A stretch of 11,434 bases of DNA from Bdellovibrionota bacterium (GTDB lineage Bacteria > Bdellovibrionota_C > UBA2361 > OMIW01), in NCBI GenBank assembly GCA_044345055.1, contig JBIJBT010000082.1, positions 1 through 11,434 of the forward strand, in the 5' to 3' direction. The translations under genes were made by a program, and so were the position numbers. This document shows positions 1 to 8,095 of this stretch, piece after piece. The notes below the pieces were generated by a model that worked only from the letters and a program-made list of their open reading frames with translations, did not search any database and was not told the DNA's origin. Within the stretch, counting starts at the first letter, position 1. Each line of letters begins with the position of its first letter.

Positions 1-687
1 TGTCTGTCCCGAGAGGGTCCGGCCGGATTGATCGGTAATAGTTGCCGAGAGCATCAATGGCAACCGCTCTCCCCGTTCATCTCCTAGCCGCTGAATAGCG
101 ACTATCGCCGCCTTAAGATTCAGCGTATCAAAACTTGTCTCCGCAAGAAGAAGGTCTACCCCACCCTCTATTAAAGCTTTCGCCTGGTGATAGTACGCCG
201 CCTCAAGCTGATCGAACGTTACATCTCGGTAGGCCGGATCGTGTACATGCGGCGAGAGTGAACAGGTTTTATTAGTTGGACCGATCGCTCCTGCGACAAA
301 ACAGATCCGGGAAGGGTCTTCACTGCGGATTACATCACACGCACGACGAGCACACGCTGCAGCTTCACGATTAATCGCCTCGACGATATCCTCAGTGCCA
401 TAATCAGCCTGCGCGATAACGGTAGCGTTGAAGGTATTTGTTTCGATTATATCGGCGCCAGCCCGAAGGTACGCCTCGTGAATCCTCTGAATCGCCTCAG
501 GACGGCTGAGCACCAACAGGTCGTTATTACCCCTAAGCTCCTTGCTCCTCTCCCCGATTGCGGCGCAATGAAAATCCTCCTCCTGCAGCCCCAACCCCTG
601 AATCATCGTCCCCATACCACCATCGAGGAACACCACCCGCTGGGCGAGCAATCGCTCGAGTTCAAGGTACCGCACCGACTTTTTCAT
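1..687 (-). CDS. metH: Cobalamin-dependent methionine synthase, N-terminal homocysteine-binding domain (partial, runs off the left edge)
   Basis: Not in the ORF track. Manual translation from ATG at 687: MKKSVRYLELERLLAQRVVFLDGGMGTMIQ...GNNDLLVLSRPEAIQRIHEAYLRAGADIIETNTFNATVIAQADYG. The motifs DGGMGTMIQ, GNNDLL and GADIIETNTF are characteristic of MetH. A GGAGAG RBS lies upstream. Confidence 0.95.
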   Translation of the reverse strand, partial: MKKSVRYLELERLLAQRVVFLDGGMGTMIQGLGLQEEDFHCAAIGERSKELRGNNDLLVLSRPEAIQRIHEAYLRAGADIIETNTFNATVIAQADYGTEDIVEAINREAAACARRACDVIRSEDPSRICFVAGAIGPTNKTCSLSPHVHDPAYRDVTFDQLEAAYYHQAKALIEGGVDLLLAETSFDTLNLKAAIVAIQRLGDERGERLPLMLSATITDQSGRTLSGQT

Positions 688-881
688 GACGCTCTCTCCA
701 AAGCACAAACGCCCGTATCGTCTCCCAGGAGGGCCGAAAAATCAATGTTTTAGAGGCGGTATCAATCGAGATTAGGACATGGGGGGTGGTAAGGTGCGGG
801 TGGAGTTAGGTTTGTTGGGGGAGGTAGGATTCACAGAGGGAGGCGGGAAGTACAGCTGACCAGTAGCCCAAACCCGAATGA

Positions 882-1685
882 CTATTCTTCTGTGTTTTTT
901 TCGCTCAACCATTTCTTAATGGTTGTCTCAAGTATCTTTGTTAGATGCGATTTAACTTCGTTAAAAAGCTCGTCAGGATATCCATCGTGATCGCCGATAA
1001 AAAGACCAGGGTACACCCTTCCGTGTTCACCACTACGAATAGCTTCTTTTTTGCTCCGGTCCTCTTCGATCGCTTCATCAACTATTTTAGAAATTTCGCT
1101 CAATAAGGTGTTCAGAGCATTTTGACCATCTTGCACAAAATTTTTTACCAGTAATTCAGCATTTCTTACCAGTAATTCAGCAACAGCTGACGCATGTTGT
1201 CCCTCATCCTTTGCGATTAGAGCGATAGCCCTTGCCTCTTTTGGTCTATTATTTTCTTTATATTGCAACGCATCCAGTCGATAAGACTCGCGGGTAAATA
1301 CCTCATCATAAAGAAACGCAACCAGAAATCTGAACGGATCATTGAGAGCATCCCCATACACACTACTGTCAACAGATTGAGCTGTAACATGCTTTGCATG
1401 GACTACGACCTCTTCTGCCGCCTTATCGCCCAATGATGACTTAATCAAATCTAGAATAACTTCCGCGTGCCTACTCTCATCCTCTAACCAACTATCGATA
1501 AACTCCGGAAATCCAACTAATTGGGACCATGCTTCGGGTATTCCTTCAAACAGCCTTTGCGCATGTGACTCGACTACATAATCGTCACAAAGAGTACGAA
1601 GTAGTCTACCTATTTTATCGCCAGACTGCAGCTCATTCGGAACGTCCGAAAATCTCCCCGACTGCTCTTGTTGTAACGAATACAT
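882..1685 (-). CDS. Ferritin-like diiron-carboxylate protein (acyl-ACP desaturase-like motifs), function unknown
   Basis: Ligand pattern E...ExxH...E...ExxH: YVVESHA, WLEDESRH, YDEVFTRESY, IAKDEGQH. The track starts at 1712, but ATG 1685 (MYSLQ) has an AGAGGGA RBS 5 nt upstream and is preferred. Confidence 0.7.
   Translation of the reverse strand: MYSLQQEQSGRFSDVPNELQSGDKIGRLLRTLCDDYVVESHAQRLFEGIPEAWSQLVGFPEFIDSWLEDESRHAEVILDLIKSSLGDKAAEEVVVHAKHVTAQSVDSSVYGDALNDPFRFLVAFLYDEVFTRESYRLDALQYKENNRPKEARAIALIAKDEGQHASAVAELLVRNAELLVKNFVQDGQNALNTLLSEISKIVDEAIEEDRSKKEAIRSGEHGRVYPGLFIGDHDGYPDELFNEVKSHLTKILETTIKKWLSEKNTEE
1140..1181. repeat. 21-bp in-frame tandem duplication (AELLVRN/AELLVKN) inside the ferritin-like gene
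   Basis: 1140-1160 attttttaccagtaattcagc versus 1161-1181 atttcttaccagtaattcagc: 20 of 21 identical. Confidence 0.9.
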
Positions 1686-1956
1686 CAAAATCCCTCTATT
1701 ACCGAACCTCATTTACTATCAGCTATACTTATCTCGACTCTTCGCAGAACGCATATTCTGATCAGTGCCGACACCTTTTTTAGAAGCCATTCCCGAAGTT
1801 GCACGACGACCGGTATCCCAACCCCGAGGTTAATCCTAACACTCCCCGTTCTATTTTTGAAGTGTTTCTAAGCTTGTTCTGGGATGCCTTTGACTTCGCA
1901 ATTACCCCTTACTCCGAACAAAAACAATCTCCTCCGAAAAACAACTACCCCCCACC

Positions 1957-3135
1957 CTAAATCCCATCACCACTCCTCTCCAATCCCCCCTCCCTATTAC
2001 ACGCCAACAACCAACGACCATAGGGGTAAATTAGCGCAGCGCTGATGAAACCACAGGCTAAGTAGAGGTTTGGAGCGCGAAATGCTGCGAAGCTAAGGAG
2101 AGGAACCGCCACGAGGCGGGCGGCTGTTAGGATTAGCTCTCGGGCGAGTATTTGGGTCATGGAGCGACGGGCATACCAGCGGGTTTCAAGGCCGATTGAA
2201 GTAAGAAATAATGCGCAGGAAAGAAGGGTCGTTGCAATCAGGAACGAGAAGATATGAGGACTAGCAAATATAAGGATGAGCCAACCAGAACATCCCAAAA
2301 AAGATCCTAACACGAACTCACGACCCTCGCCATTTGCGATGCTGCGATGCATTAGGGGCGCAAGAATCAAAGTAGCCGTCAAACGAGTTGCATAAAGAAA
2401 TCCTACAGATTGAGGTGAGAAACCACGAACCAAAAGCACTATAGGCAGAAGAAAATTCGCTGATGTATGAAGAAATGCATCCAGGCCGACACCGCAATTT
2501 TGACGGGGATAGCCGAGAATGACATCGAGCAAAGGCTCGGAATGAACCTCTCCAGGGGCGCGAACTGAGGAATAATCGGCACTTTTAACCCGTGGGGAGA
2601 TCACGGCAAGTGCTACCGTTCCGATGCCAAAAACCAGCGCTGAACCGAGAAATGATTCCCCAAAAGCGTATTGTTGGCCTACTAATCCGCCAAGAGATGC
2701 CCCGAGAATACCGCCGATTTGGGATATAATCTTCACAATCGCGAGCTCTTTTGTTCGCCCATCACTCGTGGTAACTCCCGCTATAGCGAGGTGATATAGT
2801 TGAAAAAAGCCCGTTACTATAAGCGCATTTTGTATTCCGATAAGGTACGGACTAAGACCGGAGCCCATGGTTTGCCATGCTCCAAAAAGACCGAGCCCGC
2901 CGGTTGCAAGTATTAGCAACAAAAAAAAAGAAGGGTGACTCTTTTTACACCATGTAAAGAGCGGAAAAAGTAATAAACCGCTTAGAAGAAACCAGCCAAG
3001 ATAAAATCCTGAAACACCGCGCGGCCCGAACGTATAGAGATCTACAGCAAAAAAAATGCTCTGGAATGCCAAAGCACCAAATCCAAGGAAGCAGCCTAGG
3101 TACAGGACCAATAATTTTAGTTGCGGCCGTATCAT
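1957..3135 (-). CDS. MFS-type membrane transporter
   Basis: 392 aa, about 12 hydrophobic segments in two halves with a central polar loop. The segment 'GRTKELAIVKIISQIGGILGASLGGLVG' resembles the MFS TM4-TM5 region. Substrate is unknown. Confidence 0.75.
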   Translation of the reverse strand: MIRPQLKLLVLYLGCFLGFGALAFQSIFFAVDLYTFGPRGVSGFYLGWFLLSGLLLFPLFTWCKKSHPSFFLLLILATGGLGLFGAWQTMGSGLSPYLIGIQNALIVTGFFQLYHLAIAGVTTSDGRTKELAIVKIISQIGGILGASLGGLVGQQYAFGESFLGSALVFGIGTVALAVISPRVKSADYSSVRAPGEVHSEPLLDVILGYPRQNCGVGLDAFLHTSANFLLPIVLLVRGFSPQSVGFLYATRLTATLILAPLMHRSIANGEGREFVLGSFLGCSGWLILIFASPHIFSFLIATTLLSCALFLTSIGLETRWYARRSMTQILARELILTAARLVAVPLLSFAAFRAPNLYLACGFISAALIYPYGRWLLACNREGGLERSGDGI

Positions 3136-3191
3136 GGAGGTTTTCCGATATATGTTTATTCGGTTAGGCAGAGACGATTAACCGAGTAGTA

Positions 3192-6110
3192 CTATTGTCC
3201 AAACTGCAACGCATGCAACATCGCATACTCGCCACCTGCCGCGAGTAGCTCGGCGTGGGTTCCTTGCTCAACGATCGAACCCTCCTTCATCACTACAATC
3301 TGGTCTGCATTGATAATCGTCGAGAGTCGGTGGGCTATGACAATTGTAGTTCTTCCCTCCATCAGAGTATCCAGAGCGTGCTGAACTTCTCGTTCTGATC
3401 GGTTATCAAGAGATGCGGTTGCCTCATCTAGAATGAGGATTGGAGCATTCTTCAAGATGGCGCGGGCAATAGCGAGCCGCTGTCGCTCTCCTCCTGAGAG
3501 AGCAAATCCACCCTCCCCCACTACGGTGTTAAACCGCTCAGGAAGGGCATTAATAAAGGCAAGGGCGTGCGCCTGTTCAGCGGCCCGAGTAATAGCCTCG
3601 GACGGAGCACTATGATTACCGTACTGGATGTTATTCCAGATAGTATCGTTAAAAAGGAATGTGTGTTGACTTACCATAGCTATACGGTGGCGCAGCTCTT
3701 CAAGGCTTAATCGCCGAAGATCGACGCCACCAATCGTTACTACTCCCTCGCTCGGATCGATAAATCTAGGAAGAAGATCGGCAAGAGTTGATTTCCCGGA
3801 CCCCGAAAGTCCGACAAGCGCCACACGGCTTCCCTCTTTTATAGTGAGCGTTATTCGGCGGAGCGCGGGAGCTGCTGCGCCCGGATATTGGAATAACACC
3901 CTTTCAATTGAGATTGTATTACTAGCGGGGAGAGGCACTGGATCGGGAGGATCAACGATAAGAGGTTCGGTATCAAGGACCTCGAAGATACGCGCAGCGC
4001 TGGCAAGTGATTGCTGGATAGCGGCGTGAAGGCGGCTGATTTTTTTGATTGGATCGTAAAGAAGAAATATCGCGATAAGAAAACCGATAAATGCTCCCTG
4101 AGAGCGGACTCCATGAAGGACTGATGTGCCCCCATAAAGAATAACCGCTGCAACCGCAACACTCGCGAGCACCTCGTTTATTGGTCCACTAAGCGCCTTT
4201 ACCCTATCAGATTTGACAAATACCGCAGTCAACGCGCCGTTTGCCTCTGCGAAACGATCCTTCTCGAATTGATCGTTGCAAAAAATCTTTACTACCTTGC
4301 TTCCAAGAATTGATTCCTGCAATCGAGCGGTTAGTGCGCCCACACCATCTTGTCCTCTCCTACCTAAATCTCGGAGCCGTCTGCCTAATTGATAAATCGG
4401 GAAAAACCCGACTGGAACAAAAACAATCGCAATAAGAGCTAGTACCGGATCCATCCAGATGGCAACCGCAGCAAGGGCAAAAATTCTAATTGAATCTCGC
4501 AATACTGAGGCAAGCGAATCGGTGAGTAGGGTCCGTGTGAGAAGGACGTCTCCCGTAATTCGGCTCAGCATGTCGCCGCTTGGATTTCGAATAAAAAATG
4601 GTGGACCAAGCCGAAGAAACTGAGCATTCATATCGCGACGAAGATCTCGCACGACCGAATGACCAACCCAGCTCATAAGATACTGCTGACCAAAATCGGC
4701 AGCAGCGCGCAGCACGCTAAGTGAGATAAGAATGACGGGGAATAGATACAGATAGGTGGCATCGTTTGCCCGAAAAACTCTATCAAGAACCTCCTTCACT
4801 AAGAAAGGAACTGCGCCATCGGAGGCTCCAAATAACACCATACAACCGAGCGCTGCGAGAAACGTTTTGCGATATGGATGGAGGTAGTTTGCAATCCGTC
4901 GATATAAAACAGAGCGAGCAGGTCGCGCAGGACGTGCCGTCGCCACGACAAGCTTAGCCGCTTCCTCTGCAGCGCTAAGAGGGGTGCGACCCGCCGCATC
5001 GCTCTCGATTTTGCTCTCTCCCCTTCGCTGGCTAAAGGTGGTGCGCACAGCGGCAAATCCCTCGAGCATCTCCTCTTTATAACGCGTATCCTCGAGAATT
5101 TTTACCACTTCTCGAGTGACAAGCTCACTCGTGCACCGCTCCTGAAGTAGCTCTTTAACGGTGCTCGGACGAACTATATTTACGAGCGAGACCTCGGTAA
5201 TCTCGACGAGTCGCCGAGCAAGAAATGCAGATACCGGTGATGCTTTATAGATGCATACAAATGGAAGATTCCAAAAAGCGGCCTCAAGTGTACAGGTGCC
5301 ACTTTTAAGAATCCCCACGGTCGCTCTTCGCATTACCTCCTCGGAACCACCAACCTGAATATTAAGCCCCTCGTAAGGGATTTTATCACGAAGGAGCGCG
5401 GCTAACTCCTCGCTCGGAACGACCGCAATCGCCTGTAAATTCGGATAACGCACCCGCACCCGATCGAAAGCTTCCCGTTGAACCTTCCAATGACGTAAAA
5501 CTTCTGAACGGCGACTCCCCGGAAGGAGCGCTAGAAGAGGCTCATCATTAGATTTTCTAATGGGCTTGTCGGCGAGACCATAGTCTTTTCCTTCATCAGG
5601 TAGCTCGATGAAAGGGTGCCCTACATATACAGTTCGGTGGTAGCCCCGCTTAGCGTGGAAAGCGGGCTCGAATGGGAAAATTGCTGCAATCGCATCGAGG
5701 GTGTTGCGAAATGCCTTAACCCGTTTTGAGCGCCATGCCCAGACCTTCGGAGGAATATAATAGAGAGTCGCTATCCCCTCGTCGCGGGCCACCCGAGCAA
5801 GCCTGAGATTAAAATCGGGAAAATCAACGAGAATAACAAGATCCGGCCGCCATTCTCTTATCGTCCGCGCCATCAACCGGTACGCCCCGATGAGTGCACG
5901 CAATCTCCCCCCCAACTCCAAAAAACCCATCACACCGCCGACCGACTCAGCAGCCACTACCGCCTCAACCCCCTCCTCCCGCATCCGCGGCCCCGCCATA
6001 CCCCGTATTCGAGCATCCGGCACAATCCGCCTAAGCGCCACAACAAGCTCCGCAGCCCGCTGATCACCGGAAACTTCCCCGGCACAGATAAGAATATTAA
6101 GAGGCGTCAT
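3192..6110 (-). CDS. lpxB-msbA: Fusion of lipid-A-disaccharide synthase LpxB (aa ~1-390) and lipid A export ABC transporter MsbA (aa ~400-972)
   Basis: LpxB motifs: AGEVSGD, VDFPDFNLRLA, YYIPPKVWAWR, IFPFE, YVGHP, LLPGSR, SGTCTLE, SLVNIV, ELLQ. MsbA part: transmembrane domain starting LYRRIANYLHPY, Walker A GLSGSGKST, Q-loop VSQ, signature LSGGERQR, Walker B ILILDEATASLD, H-loop IAHRLST. No stop across the junction at ~4905-4945. Confidence 0.92.
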   Translation of the reverse strand: MTPLNILICAGEVSGDQRAAELVVALRRIVPDARIRGMAGPRMREEGVEAVVAAESVGGVMGFLELGGRLRALIGAYRLMARTIREWRPDLVILVDFPDFNLRLARVARDEGIATLYYIPPKVWAWRSKRVKAFRNTLDAIAAIFPFEPAFHAKRGYHRTVYVGHPFIELPDEGKDYGLADKPIRKSNDEPLLALLPGSRRSEVLRHWKVQREAFDRVRVRYPNLQAIAVVPSEELAALLRDKIPYEGLNIQVGGSEEVMRRATVGILKSGTCTLEAAFWNLPFVCIYKASPVSAFLARRLVEITEVSLVNIVRPSTVKELLQERCTSELVTREVVKILEDTRYKEEMLEGFAAVRTTFSQRRGESKIESDAAGRTPLSAAEEAAKLVVATARPARPARSVLYRRIANYLHPYRKTFLAALGCMVLFGASDGAVPFLVKEVLDRVFRANDATYLYLFPVILISLSVLRAAADFGQQYLMSWVGHSVVRDLRRDMNAQFLRLGPPFFIRNPSGDMLSRITGDVLLTRTLLTDSLASVLRDSIRIFALAAVAIWMDPVLALIAIVFVPVGFFPIYQLGRRLRDLGRRGQDGVGALTARLQESILGSKVVKIFCNDQFEKDRFAEANGALTAVFVKSDRVKALSGPINEVLASVAVAAVILYGGTSVLHGVRSQGAFIGFLIAIFLLYDPIKKISRLHAAIQQSLASAARIFEVLDTEPLIVDPPDPVPLPASNTISIERVLFQYPGAAAPALRRITLTIKEGSRVALVGLSGSGKSTLADLLPRFIDPSEGVVTIGGVDLRRLSLEELRHRIAMVSQHTFLFNDTIWNNIQYGNHSAPSEAITRAAEQAHALAFINALPERFNTVVGEGGFALSGGERQRLAIARAILKNAPILILDEATASLDNRSEREVQHALDTLMEGRTTIVIAHRLSTIINADQIVVMKEGSIVEQGTHAELLAAGGEYAMLHALQFGQ

Positions 6111-6413
6111 GATGGTGCTTAGAATTGTGGAATAGCAAGCTTAAACGTACAGAGTGTACAATTCGGGAATGGAACAAGTAAGGCAAGAAATGCAAAGACG
6201 TTCAGTCCGGGCCATTTACTCAGATCCGCAGAGCCCCTAAGATGATAGAACGAACTGTTAATAGAAAAAAGTCGAGTCAGTTGAAGAAATACTACCTCAC
6301 ATCGCTACGTTGGCGAAACGGGGTTTAAGGTAGTTTGAAGGGAGTTGTGAGTTACTGTGTTTGCACTAAAAGAATCTGGACAATCATCGTCTCTTTTTTT
6401 CCCTGCGGTATAG

Positions 6414-6545
6414 GTCGAAGGTCTTTTAAGGGGCGAGGAAAAATTGCAGAAGATCCAGGGTGCAAAAACGATGAAGGAACTGTTCGATGCATTAGATCAA
6501 TTCGTGCGGTCAAAACAGGTTGACTCGCTCGAAGAAGCAGCCTAA
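6414..6545 (+). pseudogene. Possible decayed 3' remnant of an unknown gene ending ...VRSKQVDSLEEAA*
   Basis: Open frame VEGLLRGEEKLQKIQGAKTMKELFDALDQFVRSKQVDSLEEAA-TAA(6543-6545), preceded by in-frame stops. Its last codons are duplicated at 8096 onward. Family not recognised. Confidence 0.3.
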
Positions 6546-6590
6546 AAAGATCGCAATTACACCGCCCTCTAATTCAACTAGAATCGAGAT
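6509..6590 (+). repeat. ~82-bp direct repeat, copy A
   Basis: Aligns by eye to 8096-8176 with 6 substitutions and one 1-bp indel. Confidence 0.95.
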
Positions 6591-6597
6591 GAATTTT

Positions 6598-6622
6598 TTT
6601 CTATGCCTCTGAGACAAAGAGG
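6598..6622. repeat. 25-bp palindromic repeat, copy 1
   Basis: tttctatgcctc-t-gagacaaagagg; 4 mismatches to CCTCTATGCCTCWGAGGCATAGAGG. Confidence 0.75.
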
Positions 6623-6717
6623 TGACGAGCGACTTTTGTGGGGTTCGGTGGTTTGTGGAGGGAGTGTGGTGATTGTGTGCTCGGGGTAAAGAAGCGGGGT
6701 AGACCCCATCGGCATCC

Positions 6718-7920
6718 CTACGGCATTGCACAAAGAAAATGACTTACCGGCATCGCAGATATCGCACTCTGGTGAATCTTTGGAAGTTTATACACCTGGT
6801 CACTTTTGAGATGAATCTGATAGACGAACGGGATAGCGATTTTTTTTAGGAGATAGGTGAGGCCACCGCTGAGATCCTGCTCAGAGCTTTTCACCTCGAT
6901 CGCAATCCATGGTCGCTTATTTCGAAGGAGTATGAAATCGATCTCGTGCCCATCAACATCTTTGATGTATCGTAACTCGATTACCTCGCCATAAACATCT
7001 TCAAACCAGTGAACAAGGCGCAAGAGATGGAGGGCGACAAGATTTTCAAGTCGCGCTCCGGGGTCTGCGAGCCGGCCCACATCCCACAGGTAGAGCTTTC
7101 GCTCCTTTTTAATTGCCTTAATCTTTGGATCGCCGAAGGGCAGAACGTAAAAATTGGCGTACAGCTTTTCGAAGATACCGATCCACTTAGCTACCGTTTG
7201 ATGAGCGACCTCGAGATCCTTTGCAAGGTTATTGATCGATAGATTATTTGATACGAGATCGGGTAACCGATCGTAGAGCAGACTCATCTGGTCGAGCTCT
7301 TGGGTCTGTTCAAGGCTTCTGACATCCTCAAACACCAGCCGTTGCCCGTACGCGAGTCGCCATCTTCCGGCGTAGCTCTTCGATCGGCTCAGGAACGGCT
7401 CGGGAAAACCTCCGAAGGAAAGAAGATCGGTCAGGACAGATTGCGCTTTATCGCGATCGGGCGGAGAGAAAGTAGCAGCCCGCTCCATTGTTCGTCGATA
7501 ATCGAGCTCGGGTAGGCCAAGAACTTCAGCGAGAGTAAAGGGGTGGAGCCGATAATGAAAGTACCGTCCCTGCAGAGAGTCTCCCCCTCGAGCGTATTGG
7601 TCGAGCCGAGCGCTGCCGGTGACGAGAATTTTATGCTCTGCATGGTGAAGGTCATAAACTCCCTTCAACCAATTTCTCCATGAACGGAATTTATGCAATT
7701 CATCAAATACCCAATACTCCCGTGAGAGGTCTAGTTTATAACCCTTAAGGTTTTGGCGGTGTGTAGCAACGTCCCAGTTGTAGTACGCCATCGTCGAGGT
7801 TGGATCGCCGATCGACTTGGCAAGAGTAGTCTGTCCACATTGCCGGGGACCAGAGAGCAGAACCATCTTTCCTCGCGCGAGGTCAGCAAGAATGTGGGGG
7901 TTAATTGAGCGATTGGACAT
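6718..7920 (-). CDS. AAA+ ATPase (AAA_14 + DUF4143, COG1373-like) with C-terminal PD-(D/E)xK-like motif; Walker A lysine replaced by Gln
   Basis: GPRQCGQTT, WVFDELHK (Walker B), LVTGSA, SLQGR, GGFP, KLYLWDVG, LENLV and EIDF...IAIEVK are typical of this family. Confidence 0.88.
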   Translation of the reverse strand: MSNRSINPHILADLARGKMVLLSGPRQCGQTTLAKSIGDPTSTMAYYNWDVATHRQNLKGYKLDLSREYWVFDELHKFRSWRNWLKGVYDLHHAEHKILVTGSARLDQYARGGDSLQGRYFHYRLHPFTLAEVLGLPELDYRRTMERAATFSPPDRDKAQSVLTDLLSFGGFPEPFLSRSKSYAGRWRLAYGQRLVFEDVRSLEQTQELDQMSLLYDRLPDLVSNNLSINNLAKDLEVAHQTVAKWIGIFEKLYANFYVLPFGDPKIKAIKKERKLYLWDVGRLADPGARLENLVALHLLRLVHWFEDVYGEVIELRYIKDVDGHEIDFILLRNKRPWIAIEVKSSEQDLSGGLTYLLKKIAIPFVYQIHLKSDQVYKLPKIHQSAISAMPVSHFLCAMP

Positions 7921-7926
7921 AGAGTA

Positions 7927-7975
7927 AATTTAATACCTGTCTAAAACAAAGTAAAGTAGATTTAACAGGTATTAA
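7927..7975 (-). promoter_or_regulatory. Putative sigma70 promoter for a leaderless ATPase mRNA, overlapped by an 11-bp inverted repeat (candidate operator)
   Basis: Minus strand: TTTACT (7955-7950), 17 bp, TAAATT (7932-7927), 6 nt, ATG (7920); no SD. Inverted repeat TTAATACCTGT (7930-7940) / ACAGGTATTAA (7965-7975). Confidence 0.55.
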
Positions 7976-8064
7976 CTTTTTAGCCTTAAGAGATGTGGTA
8001 GCTGCTGTGATTCCGGTAGAATCGCAGATTCAGGTGTCCTCAAATGAGGGGACAACCCCCGAGC

Positions 8065-8089
8065 CCTCCGCGCCTCTGAGCCATAGAGC
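8065..8089. repeat. 25-bp palindromic repeat, copy 2
   Basis: cctccgcgcctc-t-gagccatagagc; 5 mismatches to the consensus. Confidence 0.7.
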
Positions 8090-8095
8090 GAGATT

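Noticed and set aside
478..753. 91-aa + strand ORF
   Set aside because: Antisense shadow of metH.
688..881. Cobalamin or SAM riboswitch upstream of metH
   Set aside because: No B12-box or SAM-riboswitch core recognisable on the minus strand; the region is mostly low-complexity G/C-skewed sequence. An Infernal/Rfam scan would be decisive.
1217..5056. Short ORFs overlapping the ferritin-like gene and lpxB-msbA (1217-1399, 1529-1783, 3433-3615, 3844-4029, 3851-4162, 4241-4435, 4766-4957, 4799-5056)
   Set aside because: Alternative-frame or antisense shadows of well-supported genes with no recognisable motifs.
6210..6241. Fifth palindrome copy as a firm feature
   Set aside because: Only the centre and right side resemble copy 3 (gcagag-c-ccctaag versus gcagag-g-ccctagg); the left arm is mostly mismatched. 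Kept only as tentative.
8033..8057. Hairpin ggtgtcctcaaatgaggggacaacc as a terminator
   Set aside because: Imperfect stem, no U-tract, and located between divergently transcribed genes; function unsupported.
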